Assembly (NCBI RefSeq): GCF_044226605.1
Contig: NZ_JBGAGS010000001.1
Coordinates: 91,214 to 155,213 of the forward strand
Length of the DNA: 64,000 nt
DNA from: Prosthecobacter sp.
Lineage (GTDB): Bacteria; Verrucomicrobiota; Verrucomicrobiia; Verrucomicrobiales; Verrucomicrobiaceae
Direction of reading: 5' to 3'
The notes below the pieces were generated by a model that searched no databases, had not been told where the DNA came from, and saw nothing but the letters and a program-made list of their open reading frames with translations. The first letter of the stretch is position 1. Each line of letters starts with the position of its first letter. Below, piece after piece: positions 1-9,456 of the stretch. Both the position numbers and the translations under genes were made by a program.

Positions 1-1
1 G

Positions 2-664
2 TTCACCGGAGACTGGGCTTTGTCCAAATTCAAAGACCTGCCCTTCGCGCTCTACGGAGCAAAAGAACTCGATGCCTCCAAGAAGTACCCGCTCGTCCTC
101 GTCCTGCATGGCAAAAGCCCCAATGACGAAAATGGCAAGCAGGTCGGCGGCTGGACCAAAAGCTTCACCACGGAAGCCCACTACGCCAAAAACCCCTGCA
201 TCATCGTGGCACCGCTGTGTTATCAGCCCTTCGGCATCACCGGCTCAGGCTGGAGCGCCAAACCGGGGACGGAAGCCGTCGCCATGGTCAAAGAACTGAT
301 GAAGTCCCTGCCCATCGACAAGGACCGCGTCTATTGCGTCGGCTATTCCATGGGCGGCTTCGGCACCTGCCACCTCATCAACGCCGAGCCACGCCTCTTC
401 GCCGCTGGCGTCGCCGTGGCAGGCTGCACCGGCCCTGAAACAGCGGACACCTTTAAAAAGGTGCCCCTCTGGCTGTTCCACGCCGCCGATGACTCCAATG
501 TGAAGGTCGATTACTCCCGCGCTCTCGCTGAGGCCCTGAAGCGCGACAAGGAATGCAAATACACCGAATACCCCACCGGCGGCCACGGCATCGTCGGCAA
601 GGTGTTTGAGGAGGAAGAGATGCACGCCTGGCTTTTCGCCAAAGGTGGCACGGTTAAAAAGTAG
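2..664 (+). CDS. alpha/beta hydrolase, phospholipase/carboxylesterase-like (5' end outside window)
   Basis: The frame is open from the window edge, and the track start at 20 is TTG. Motifs seen: YPLVLVLHG, a GYSMGG nucleophile elbow (G-x-S-x-G) and a C-terminal GGHG His. Confidence 0.8.
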   Translation, partial: FTGDWALSKFKDLPFALYGAKELDASKKYPLVLVLHGKSPNDENGKQVGGWTKSFTTEAHYAKNPCIIVAPLCYQPFGITGSGWSAKPGTEAVAMVKELMKSLPIDKDRVYCVGYSMGGFGTCHLINAEPRLFAAGVAVAGCTGPETADTFKKVPLWLFHAADDSNVKVDYSRALAEALKRDKECKYTEYPTGGHGIVGKVFEEEEMHAWLFAKGGTVKK

Positions 665-1093
665 TCACGGCTTCTCCTTCATCAGCCCCCACGGCCCCAG
701 GCGCTCGGCGGCTTTCTTGCGCAGCATCGCCTGCTTCTCAGCGGGCAGGTGCTTGCAAAGCCGGTCCAGGGAATCATCCACATTCGCCCCGGCCTTCTGC
801 CACATTTCATGGCGCAGCGTTTTAAACTCCGCCGCTGTTTGCTGCAGCTCCCCATGCACCGCTCGGCGCTCGGTTTCAGTGAGATCCAGCTCCGCCACCA
901 TCAGCGCTTCGATCTTGCTCACCACCCGGTCCATCGGCGCATGATCTTCATTCGGATGCGCGATGGCATGCTGCGCGATGCGGCGCACAACCAGAAGCCC
1001 GCCGCCGATGCCGCAGCCAGCGCCAAGGACGAAGACCAGCAGCAGCAGTAGAACGGCTTTCCAGCGCGATGTCGTGGGAGATGAAGTGCTCAT
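665..1093 (-). CDS. membrane-anchored CpxP/Spy-like (LTXXQ-type) periplasmic protein
   Basis: It has an N-terminal TM helix (AVLLLLLVFVLGAG) and a helical body with LTETE and LPAEKQ motifs. It is the last gene of the ECF sigma cluster. Confidence 0.5.
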   Translation of the reverse strand: MSTSSPTTSRWKAVLLLLLVFVLGAGCGIGGGLLVVRRIAQHAIAHPNEDHAPMDRVVSKIEALMVAELDLTETERRAVHGELQQTAAEFKTLRHEMWQKAGANVDDSLDRLCKHLPAEKQAMLRKKAAERLGPWGLMKEKP

Positions 1094-1099
1094 GAGGTG

Positions 1100-1405
1100 T
1101 CAAATGTCAGCGAGTACCGGCCCCTGAATCTGCCAGATCCAGCTCAGTTCATTCACGGCCTCAAAGCTTTCGCGGCAGGCCAGCGCTGCCATCAAAGCGA
1201 GCACCGCAAAGCCGGTGCGCAGCCAGCCGGAGCGGCATAGGCTGAGCACATCATCCAGCAATGAAGCCGCTGGCACCTGCGTCTTCGGCGAGCTGATCTC
1301 CGCGCGGACCGCCGCACGCATGTCGATGTCCGCCGGCGCACCTGCCGAGCGTGCCTGCTGCGCGAGCTGCTCCCAGGACTTGGGTTTAGGTGAGGGTGTA
1401 TCCAT
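1100..1405 (-). CDS. putative anti-sigma factor / small single-TM protein
   Basis: It overlaps the 3' end of the ECF sigma gene by 20 nt and has one TM helix (GFAVLALMAALA). It has no zinc-binding anti-sigma motif, so the function is inferred from position only. Confidence 0.4.
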   Translation of the reverse strand: MDTPSPKPKSWEQLAQQARSAGAPADIDMRAAVRAEISSPKTQVPAASLLDDVLSLCRSGWLRTGFAVLALMAALACRESFEAVNELSWIWQIQGPVLADI

Positions 1406-2012
1406 GGCGTGTAAGAATGGTTTTAAGTCGCTGCCTTGCGCGGAAGGCTTTCACCTTCGCTTTGACTTTGCTCCAGCCAAAATGCGCCGCGATTTCATCC
1501 AGCGGCATCTGCTCCAGGTGCAGCAGCGTCAGCAGCGCCCGGTCATCCGGCGGCAGGTGGGAAAGAATGAACTGTGCCCCTGCCAGCGAGTCATTCGCGG
1601 TGGCGCTTTCCTCGCTGGCGATGTGATCCAGCGGATGCGATTCCTCCGTCGGCTGCACCAACCGCGAAAAGGGCGAGCGCTGATGCCTGCGGCAAAACTC
1701 CAGCCCGATGTTCGCCGCGATGCGCTTCAGCCAGTGCAGAAACGGCCGGTCCGGTCGCCACTGCGGCAGCGCCCGCCACGCACGCACAAACGTCTCCTGC
1801 ACCATGTCCTCTAGGTCGGCACGATTGGTGGCGAAGCGATGCAGCATGGCGGTCATGGTGGACTGATGGCGTGTGATGATTTGATCAAAGGCATCCAGAT
1901 CTCCCGCCTGCGCCGCCTGCACCAGGACGAGGTCATCGTCCACAGGCCTTTCAGTTTGGGTGGCGGCGGTCACGGCAGGTGATGCAGATAGTTCCAAAAC
2001 ACAGAATGGCAA
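1386..2012 (-). CDS. ECF-type RNA polymerase sigma factor
   Basis: Region 2 reads DLEDMVQETFVRAWRAL...HWLKRIAAN. Region 4 reads LPPDDRALLTLLHLEQMPLDEIAAHFGWSKVKAKV. Confidence 0.85.
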   Translation of the reverse strand: MPFCVLELSASPAVTAATQTERPVDDDLVLVQAAQAGDLDAFDQIITRHQSTMTAMLHRFATNRADLEDMVQETFVRAWRALPQWRPDRPFLHWLKRIAANIGLEFCRRHQRSPFSRLVQPTEESHPLDHIASEESATANDSLAGAQFILSHLPPDDRALLTLLHLEQMPLDEIAAHFGWSKVKAKVKAFRARQRLKTILTRHGYTLT

Positions 2013-2052
2013 CGAGGCGGAGCACGCCTCGTTGCCGTGGGATCAGTCACAG

Positions 2053-2541
2053 TCAGCGCAACGCCGAAGCAAGCGCACTGTCCACCAAGCTTTCGATTTC
2101 GCTGTGCGCCTCCTCCAGCTGTTTCTGCTGCTCCGGCGTCAGCAGCGGCCGCATCTGCTTGGCGATGCGCGCCATCAGCAGTGCGCGATCACGTGCCGCA
2201 TCGCCGATTTTGTCCGCCGCGGCCTTAGTGCTCCCATTTTCTTTCACCGCCTTCTCCATCGCACGGCGGGCGTCACGGCCCTCAGTGATCTGAGCACGGA
2301 TTTCTTCACGATGCTCTGCGAGGATTTTGCTGAGCGCCGTCTTCTGCTCATCGCTCAGCGGGGTCTGCTTGCGGAAGTTCAAAAAGTGCCGCGCCGCCGT
2401 GCGCACAATATCACGGATGGAGGAGCGGGTTTGATCAGGGATGATACCCTCCCCGATGTCAAAACTGCGGCCAAATGCCATCGCAGGCACCGCCGCGGCC
2501 AGGCCAAAAACGGCCAGGAGGGACAAAGTGAGTGTTTTCAT
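2053..2541 (-). CDS. periplasmic Spy/CpxP-family (LTXXQ) protein
   Basis: It has a signal peptide (LLAVFGLAAAVPAMA), LSDEQ and LTPEQ motifs and an all-helical charged composition. Confidence 0.65.
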   Translation of the reverse strand: MKTLTLSLLAVFGLAAAVPAMAFGRSFDIGEGIIPDQTRSSIRDIVRTAARHFLNFRKQTPLSDEQKTALSKILAEHREEIRAQITEGRDARRAMEKAVKENGSTKAAADKIGDAARDRALLMARIAKQMRPLLTPEQQKQLEEAHSEIESLVDSALASALR

Positions 2542-2562
2542 AGTAGGTCAGGGAGCGAGAAG

Positions 2563-2943
2563 TTATTTGTTTCTGGTAGTCGTCGTCGTTTCCGACTTCG
2601 TCTGACCGTTTGCTCCCGTCGCGCTGCGCGTCGCAGTACGGGTGCCGTCGGCGTGCGTCACGCTGCCGCTGGTCGTCGCTGTCTTTCCATTCGGGCCGGT
2701 CGCGGTTCCGGTGGAGGTGCGGCCGTTGGCCGTGCGGTTCACTTGCTGGCTGTCAGTCACCGTGCGACCCTTGGCCCCCGTGGTGGTGGCGGTGCGGCTG
2801 GCTGCGCCACGCGTGACGTTTCCCGCCACAGCACGCGAGCCCGTACCACGTTTGCCGGTGAAGGAGGAGCTGCGGCCAAAGTCTCGCGCCTGCACGCTGC
2901 CGAGGCTGAGACCGAGAGTGATGAGAATAAGGATGCTTTTCAT
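2563..2943 (-). CDS. secreted Thr/Gly/Arg-rich low-complexity protein
   Basis: I chose the internal ATG at 2943, which gives MKSILILITLGLSLGSVQA as a signal peptide. The mature part is T/G/R/N-rich with loose TG-NG-T repeats. Confidence 0.5.
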   Translation of the reverse strand: MKSILILITLGLSLGSVQARDFGRSSSFTGKRGTGSRAVAGNVTRGAASRTATTTGAKGRTVTDSQQVNRTANGRTSTGTATGPNGKTATTSGSVTHADGTRTATRSATGANGQTKSETTTTTRNK

Positions 2944-3089
2944 GATGTGTTTTGGGTTTGAGTCAGTCGCGGCCTTATCGCCGCACACTGACCCGAATGC
3001 CGCCCTCACCGCGGCGGTTACAGAAAAATCCGCGCACGGTTTTTCCCCTCGGCGGTTGACTCGCCGCCCCCCATGCACCACCAGAAAAG

Positions 3090-3962
3090 ATGCAGCTCAT
3101 CTCTGGACCCGCCGTCGCCGAAAAAGTACTCGAAGAATGCCGCCGTGACATCGCGGAACTCGCCGCGCAGGGCCGCAAGCCTGGGCTCGCCGTCGTCCTC
3201 GTTGGCGACGATCCCGCCTCCCGCGCCTACGTTCGCTCCAAGGACAAAAAGTGCCGCGATCTCGGCCTGCACTCCGTGAAGCTCGAACTCCCCGCCACCA
3301 CCACGCAGGAGGAGCTGCTCGCCCACGTGCATGCTTTGAACAACGACCCTGCCATCCACGGCATCCTCGTGCAAAGCCCGCCGCCCAAGCACATCGATGA
3401 AGCCGCCATCGTGCGTGCCATCGATCCCGCCAAGGACGTGGACGGCTTCCATCCCGTGAACGTCGCCAAGCTCGCCCTTGAAGATCCCACCGGCTTCGTC
3501 CCCTGCACGCCTCTGGGCTGCCAGCGCCTGCTCATCGATGCCGACATCGAAACCAGCGGCGCGCATGCTGTCGTTGTGGGCCGCAGCATGATCGTCGGCA
3601 AGCCAATGGCCCTGCTTCTCATGGCCAAGGGCAAAGGCGGAGACGCCACCGTGACCGTCACGCATTCTCGGACGAAGGATCTCGCCGCAATCACTAAAAC
3701 GGCGGATATCATCATCGCCGCCATTGGCCGCCCCCATTTCATCAAGGCAGAGCATGTGAAAGAGGGCGCCGTCGTCATCGATGTGGGCATCAACCGCGTG
3801 GACGATCTCTCCAGCGAAAAAGGCTACAAGCTCGTCGGCGATGTCGCCTTTGATGAGGTCGCGCCTAAATGCCGCGCCATCACCCCCGTCCCCGGCGGCG
3901 TCGGTCCCATGACCATCGCCATGCTCATGGCCAACACCATCAAAGCCTGCAAGCAGGCCTGA
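3090..3962 (+). CDS. folD: bifunctional methylenetetrahydrofolate dehydrogenase/cyclohydrolase
   Basis: 290 aa. Motifs seen: [42 protein letters not shown] and [10 protein letters not shown]. Confidence 0.95.
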   Translation: MQLISGPAVAEKVLEECRRDIAELAAQGRKPGLAVVLVGDDPASRAYVRSKDKKCRDLGLHSVKLELPATTTQEELLAHVHALNNDPAIHGILVQSPPPKHIDEAAIVRAIDPAKDVDGFHPVNVAKLALEDPTGFVPCTPLGCQRLLIDADIETSGAHAVVVGRSMIVGKPMALLLMAKGKGGDATVTVTHSRTKDLAAITKTADIIIAAIGRPHFIKAEHVKEGAVVIDVGINRVDDLSSEKGYKLVGDVAFDEVAPKCRAITPVPGGVGPMTIAMLMANTIKACKQA

Positions 3963-4002
3963 TCGCGCCGGATTCGTGAGAATTTGATTCTCAAGATGTG
4001 AC

Positions 4003-5586
4003 GTGCGTGCCATGGTTCCGGTTACCATGCGTATCCGACCGACCCTTTTCACCTCCGTGCTGGCTCTCGCGTTGCCAGTTTGTCTAGCCGCCGAAGAAGC
4101 CAAGCCCAAGCCTCCCGAGGCCCCGCCTGCGGAGAAAAAAGACGGCGACAAAAAGGAAGAAAAGAAAGACGAGAAGAAGCCCGATGGCGACAAGCCCGTC
4201 GTCACGTCTGGCAAGGTGACCATCGGCGGGAAGGAAATCTCATACGAGGCCAAGGCCGGCACCCTGCCGATTCTCAAGCCGGACGGCAAACCTTCGGCTC
4301 AGGTCTTCTACACCGCCTACACCATGAAGGATGTGAAGGACGCCACCACACGCCCCGTCACCTTCTGCTTCAATGGCGGCCCAGGCAGCAGTTCCGTGTG
4401 GCTGCACCTCGGCGCCTTCGGCCCCAAGCGCGTCGATCTCCCCGCCGACGGCCTCACCCCTCCCATGCCTCCCGGCGGCTTGGTCAACAACGACTTCTCC
4501 CTGCTAGATGTGACGGACCTCGTCTTCATCGATCCGGTGAACACCGGCTTCAGCCGTGCGGAAGATCCCAAAAACGTCAGCGAATTTCTTGGCGTCCACG
4601 AAGACATTCAGTGTGTCGGCGAGTTCATGCGCCTCTGGGTCACCCGCGAGCAGCGCTGGCGCTCGCCCAAGTTCGTCGCCGGAGAAAGCTACGGTGGTAT
4701 TCGCGGCGGCGGTCTGGCGCAGCATTTGCAGGAGCGCCACCGCATGTACCTCAATGGCGTCATCATCGTTTCCGGCCTGTTGGACTATGCCACGCTGGTC
4801 CCAGGCCCTTTGAACGAAACGCCCTTCTTGGTGGGCCTGCCCGCAATGACCGCCACGGCGCATTACCACAAGAAGCTGGCTCCAGATCTGCAGGCAGACT
4901 TTAAAAAGGCCGTGGCAGAAGCCCGCACCTTCGCCTTTGGCGACTACGCCAGCGCCCTGCTCAAAGGCAGCGACCTGAGCAAGGCCGAACGCGATGCCGT
5001 GATCAAAAAACTGGCGCGCCTGACCAGCCTTGAGCCCACATTGATCGATCAGCATGAGCTGCGCATCGACAGCGGCCTGTTCCGCGAAATGCTGCTGCGC
5101 AAAGAAAAGCTCGTGCTCGGCGCCTACGATGCCCGTGTCACCGGCAGTGACGGAGACGAGTCGCAGAATCACCCGCAGATCGAGCCCTTCATGCGCGTGG
5201 TCGGCAGCATCGCCGCCGCCTCCATGAATGCCTACCTCCGCGAAGAGCTGCACTATGAAAAGGACCTCCCCTATGAAGTGCTGGCTCCGCTGCCAAACTG
5301 GAACCACGGCAAGGGCAACAGCTACACCAGCGTCAGCGGCCAGCTCGCCAGCGCCATCACCCAGAATCCCCACCTCCGAGTCCTGGCCCTGGTCGGCTGG
5401 AGGGATTTGGTGACGCCACCGGACAACATGCTCCTCAGCGTCCGCCAGATGCAGCTGCCCGAGCAGCTGCGCGGCAACATCGAGTTCGCCGAATACGAGT
5501 CCGGCCACATGATGTACACCAACCGTCCGGACATGGAGAAGATGCATACGGACATCGCCGCATTCATCGCCAAGGCCCTCAAATAA
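4003..5586 (+). CDS. serine carboxypeptidase, peptidase S10 family
   Basis: GGPGSSS and GESYGG motifs are present, with a signal peptide and a K/E/P-rich linker. The start is GTG at 4003, with alternative ATGs at 4012 and 4027. Confidence 0.85.
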   Translation: MRAMVPVTMRIRPTLFTSVLALALPVCLAAEEAKPKPPEAPPAEKKDGDKKEEKKDEKKPDGDKPVVTSGKVTIGGKEISYEAKAGTLPILKPDGKPSAQVFYTAYTMKDVKDATTRPVTFCFNGGPGSSSVWLHLGAFGPKRVDLPADGLTPPMPPGGLVNNDFSLLDVTDLVFIDPVNTGFSRAEDPKNVSEFLGVHEDIQCVGEFMRLWVTREQRWRSPKFVAGESYGGIRGGGLAQHLQERHRMYLNGVIIVSGLLDYATLVPGPLNETPFLVGLPAMTATAHYHKKLAPDLQADFKKAVAEARTFAFGDYASALLKGSDLSKAERDAVIKKLARLTSLEPTLIDQHELRIDSGLFREMLLRKEKLVLGAYDARVTGSDGDESQNHPQIEPFMRVVGSIAAASMNAYLREELHYEKDLPYEVLAPLPNWNHGKGNSYTSVSGQLASAITQNPHLRVLALVGWRDLVTPPDNMLLSVRQMQLPEQLRGNIEFAEYESGHMMYTNRPDMEKMHTDIAAFIAKALK

Positions 5587-5595
5587 TCCTGCGGT

Positions 5596-7083
5596 ATGAA
5601 ATCGATGCTTTTCCTCACTCTGGCGGCCACCGCGGCCTTTGCCGCGGATAAACCGAATGTGGTGCTGCTCTATGCCGACGACCTCGGTTACGGCGATGTT
5701 TCCTGCTATGGCTCGAAAACGATCTCGACGCCTCACATCGACAAACTCTCGGCCGCAGGCCTGCGCTTCACGGATGGACACTGCTCAGCTGCGACCTGCA
5801 CTCCGTCCCGGTTTGCCATGCTCACCGGCGAGTACGCCTTCCGGCAGAAAGGCACCGGAATCCTGCCAGGGGATGCCAAAATGATCATCCCCCCAGGCCG
5901 GGCTACCCTGGCCTCCGTTTTCAAAGGAGCTGGCTATCAGACCGCCGTGGTAGGAAAATGGCACCTCGGACTCGGCGATGGGGAGCTGGACTGGAATCAG
6001 GAGATCAAACCCGGACCGACCGAGATCGGTTTCGACCACTGCTTCATCATGGCCGCCACCGGCGACCGCGTGCCCTGTGTATATGTGCAAGACCATCGCA
6101 TCGTCGGGCTGGATCCCTCGGATCCCATCCAGGTCAGCTACAAGCAGCCCTTTCCCGGCGAACCCACCGGCAAGGCCAATCCTGAACTGCTGCGCGTGCA
6201 CCCGAGCCACGGCCATGACATGGCGCTGATCAACGGCGTCAGCCGCATCGGCTACATGAAAGGTGGGAAAGCCGCCATCTGGAAGGACGAAGACATGGCG
6301 GACACCTTCACCACCCAGGCGGTCAAGTTCATTGAGGCGAGCAAGGGCGGCCCCTTCTTCCTCTATTTCGCCGCGCACGATCCTCACGTGCCGCGCGTGC
6401 CGCACCCGCGTTTCGTGGGTAAAAGTGGCATGGGTCCCCGTGGAGACGCCATACTGCAGTTCGATGACAGCGTGGGGACCATCCTTACGGCGCTTGACCG
6501 CCTCGGTCTCGCAGAGAACACCCTCGTTCTCCTCAGCAGTGACAACGGCCCCGTGGTGGATGACGGCTACCAGGACGACGCCGTCGCCAAACTTGGCGCA
6601 CACAAGCCCGCCGGCCCCCTCCGCGGAGGCAAGTACAGCGCCTTTGAGGGTGGCACCCGCGTTCCGTTCATCGTCCGCTGGCCCGTACGGGTAAAGCCCG
6701 GCGTGAGTTCCGCCCTGGTCTGCCAGGTTGACTTTCCCGCGAGTTTTGCGGCATTGACCGGCCAGAACGCACCGGGGACGGCATCGGACAGCCAGAATGT
6801 CCTCTCCGCCTTGCTCGGTGAAGACCCGGTTGGCCGGAGCGAGCTGCTCGAACAGGGGGGACCCGTTGCCCTCCGGCAGGGTAGCTGGAAGTACATCCCC
6901 GCCAATGCTGGTATGGCCAGGAACAAAAACACCAACAGCGAGACAGGCAACGCCCCCGACGCCCAGCTCTATGACCTCTCCAAGGACCTTGGGGAGACCC
7001 AAAACCTCGCCAAAAGCGACCCATCTCAGGCCCAAAACATGGCCGCGGCCTTGGAAAAGGCCCGTTCCACCTCCGCAAAATAG
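5596..7083 (+). CDS. arylsulfatase (Cys-type, formylglycine-dependent)
   Basis: It has a signal peptide, the DDLGYGD motif and CSAATCTPSRFAMLTG, which contains the C-x-P-x-R motif. Confidence 0.9.
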   Translation: MKSMLFLTLAATAAFAADKPNVVLLYADDLGYGDVSCYGSKTISTPHIDKLSAAGLRFTDGHCSAATCTPSRFAMLTGEYAFRQKGTGILPGDAKMIIPPGRATLASVFKGAGYQTAVVGKWHLGLGDGELDWNQEIKPGPTEIGFDHCFIMAATGDRVPCVYVQDHRIVGLDPSDPIQVSYKQPFPGEPTGKANPELLRVHPSHGHDMALINGVSRIGYMKGGKAAIWKDEDMADTFTTQAVKFIEASKGGPFFLYFAAHDPHVPRVPHPRFVGKSGMGPRGDAILQFDDSVGTILTALDRLGLAENTLVLLSSDNGPVVDDGYQDDAVAKLGAHKPAGPLRGGKYSAFEGGTRVPFIVRWPVRVKPGVSSALVCQVDFPASFAALTGQNAPGTASDSQNVLSALLGEDPVGRSELLEQGGPVALRQGSWKYIPANAGMARNKNTNSETGNAPDAQLYDLSKDLGETQNLAKSDPSQAQNMAAALEKARSTSAK

Positions 7084-7201
7084 GGTGTTTACCGCCTCTG
7101 CTCTTGCCGAAACCGCAAAAAAACAGCAAATTTCTCTAATTGAGGGTCCATCCGGCGCGTTTGTGCCGCTGGAAGTATTTCCCCTTTCATTCCACACCAC
7201 C

Positions 7202-9409
7202 ATGAAACAAACCACGAAACTGCTCAGCAGCCTGCTTGTTTCCGCACTCGTTGCGTCTTCCGCCATGGCGGAAGTCCGCACCTGGACGGACACCTCCGGC
7301 CGCCAAGTCACCGCCTCATTCATCGGCCTCGATGGTGAGAACATCATCCTGCAAACCGCAGACGGCGCCACTCACAAGTTCCCGCTGACCAAGCTGTCGG
7401 CAGAGGATCAGGCGCTGGCGAAAAGCATGAAGCCTTCGGACCAGCCGGTGATGCTTGCCAATGCCACGGTGGCCCAGGCCTCCGCCGCCATCGACAAGCT
7501 CGTGGCCAACGGCCTTGTTCGTGCCAATCCTGAGCGCGCCAAAGGTGGCAAGAAGCCCATTACCGGCTTCAACCCCATGGCCAACGACGAGCAGTTCGTG
7601 CGCCGTGTTTACCTCGACATCGTGGGCCGCATTCCAAACTATGCGGAAGCCATGCAGTTCATTCAGGACTCCAATCCGAACAAGCGCGCCAAGCTGATCG
7701 ACATGCTGCTCGACAGCCCTGGCTACAACAGCAACACCTTCAACTACTTCGCGGAAATGCTCCGCGTGAAGGACCGCCTCGAACAGGACAACCTCCGCGG
7801 CGTCCCCTACATCAACTGGATGCAGCACTCCATTGAGAAGAACACCACCTGGGACAAGATGGTCTTTGAAATGCTGACCGCCAAAGGCAAGATGTGGCAG
7901 GACGGCGCTGCAGGCTATCTCCTCCGTGATGCCGGCATGCCTCTCGACAACCTGGCCAACACCCTCGCCGTGTTCCTTGGCACAGACGTTGCCTGCGCTC
8001 AGTGCCATGACCATCCTTTCTCCGACTGGACCCAGCACCAGTTCTATGAAATGGCCTCCTTCTTCGGCGCCACCACCACCAACATGCGCGCCAAGGAAAA
8101 CCGCAAGAGCAAGGATTCTGGCATGACCGCCATGAACGCCATGCGGGACCTGATGCCCAAGATCGAAGAAATGGTCACCAAAGGCGGCGGCGACATCAAG
8201 CGCATCCGCAATGGCATCCAGAACTACATGGGCGCCAACCGCTTCATCGTCGGAGACACCGACACCAACAGCATGAAGCTGCCGCATGACTACAAGTATC
8301 CGGACGCCAAGCCCAACGACCCGGTTGAACCCAAGTTCATCACCTGGAGCAAGAACGACAAAAACCTTCCTGCTTACAAGCAGAAGATGAAGTCCGCTGA
8401 AGAGCTTCGCCCCGCCTTTGCTCACTGGGTCACCGACCCCTCCAATCCTCGCTTCGCCATGGCCATCGCCAACCGCATGTGGAAGCGTGCCTTCGGCCAG
8501 GGCATCTCTGAGCCTGTCACCAACATTGACGATCCCAAGCAGTCCGTGAATCCGGAGCTCCTCATCCACCTGGCTGAGGAAATGAAGCGCGTGAAGTTCG
8601 ACATCAAGGCTTTCATGCGCATCCTCTACAACACCCGCGCCTACCAGTCCGAAGCCACCTCCGAGAAGATCGCCATGGGCGAGCCCTACTACTTCCAGGG
8701 CCCTCTTCTTCGCCGCATGAGCGCTGAACAGGCCTGGGACTCCTACATGACCCTCGTGCTCGGCGACCCCGACAAGTATGCCAAGCCGCTGGAAGACCTC
8801 TACAGCCGCTCCATCGACCTCGATCTGAGCAACCCCAAGCTGGACGCCCAGACCGTGCTCGTGAAGTATGACGCCTTCCGCAAGATGGCTGAAAAGGAAC
8901 GCGCCCTCAACGGCGGCACCCTGGCTGACGCTGGTGGCGACGACATGATGATGGACACCAAGGCCAAAGGAAAAGGCAAGGCCGAAACCAAGTCCGGCGG
9001 CGACATGATGGAAAACGCCACCCTCACCTACAACGGCATGATCCTTCGTCGTGCGTCCACCTTGGAGCAGCCCGCCCCCAACGGCCACTTCCTCATCGAC
9101 TTCGGCCAGTCCCCCCGCGCCCTCATCGACGGCAGCGTCAAGACCGGCTCGGTTCCCCAGGTGCTCATGATGATGAACGGCAAGGCGCAGGCGATGCTCA
9201 CCAGCTCCGATTCACTCATCTTCCGCACGATGGAAAAAGTGAAATCTCCGCCTGAAAAAGTGGAAGCTCTGTTTGTCTCCGTCCTTAGCCGCCGCCCGAC
9301 GCTTGCGGAGAAGGACATCGCCAAGCGTGCGCTCTCCGGTGGCGATGACGGCTACGCCAACATGATATGGGCGCTCATCAACACCCGCGAGTTCATCTTC
9401 ATCCAGTAA
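7202..9409 (+). CDS. DUF1549/DUF1553 (PSCyt2/PSD1) protein with N-terminal SHD1-like module
   Basis: I chose the internal ATG at 7202, which gives a signal peptide. Motifs seen: FVRRVYLDIVGRIPNYAEAMQF (DUF1549), CAQCHDHPFSDWTQHQFYEMASFF (DUF1553) and a C-terminal ALINTREFIFIQ. Confidence 0.85.
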   Translation: MKQTTKLLSSLLVSALVASSAMAEVRTWTDTSGRQVTASFIGLDGENIILQTADGATHKFPLTKLSAEDQALAKSMKPSDQPVMLANATVAQASAAIDKLVANGLVRANPERAKGGKKPITGFNPMANDEQFVRRVYLDIVGRIPNYAEAMQFIQDSNPNKRAKLIDMLLDSPGYNSNTFNYFAEMLRVKDRLEQDNLRGVPYINWMQHSIEKNTTWDKMVFEMLTAKGKMWQDGAAGYLLRDAGMPLDNLANTLAVFLGTDVACAQCHDHPFSDWTQHQFYEMASFFGATTTNMRAKENRKSKDSGMTAMNAMRDLMPKIEEMVTKGGGDIKRIRNGIQNYMGANRFIVGDTDTNSMKLPHDYKYPDAKPNDPVEPKFITWSKNDKNLPAYKQKMKSAEELRPAFAHWVTDPSNPRFAMAIANRMWKRAFGQGISEPVTNIDDPKQSVNPELLIHLAEEMKRVKFDIKAFMRILYNTRAYQSEATSEKIAMGEPYYFQGPLLRRMSAEQAWDSYMTLVLGDPDKYAKPLEDLYSRSIDLDLSNPKLDAQTVLVKYDAFRKMAEKERALNGGTLADAGGDDMMMDTKAKGKGKAETKSGGDMMENATLTYNGMILRRASTLEQPAPNGHFLIDFGQSPRALIDGSVKTGSVPQVLMMMNGKAQAMLTSSDSLIFRTMEKVKSPPEKVEALFVSVLSRRPTLAEKDIAKRALSGGDDGYANMIWALINTREFIFIQ

Positions 9410-9456
9410 TTTCAAACAGAACAAACCACTAAATACAACGCGCTTAACTTACACCT

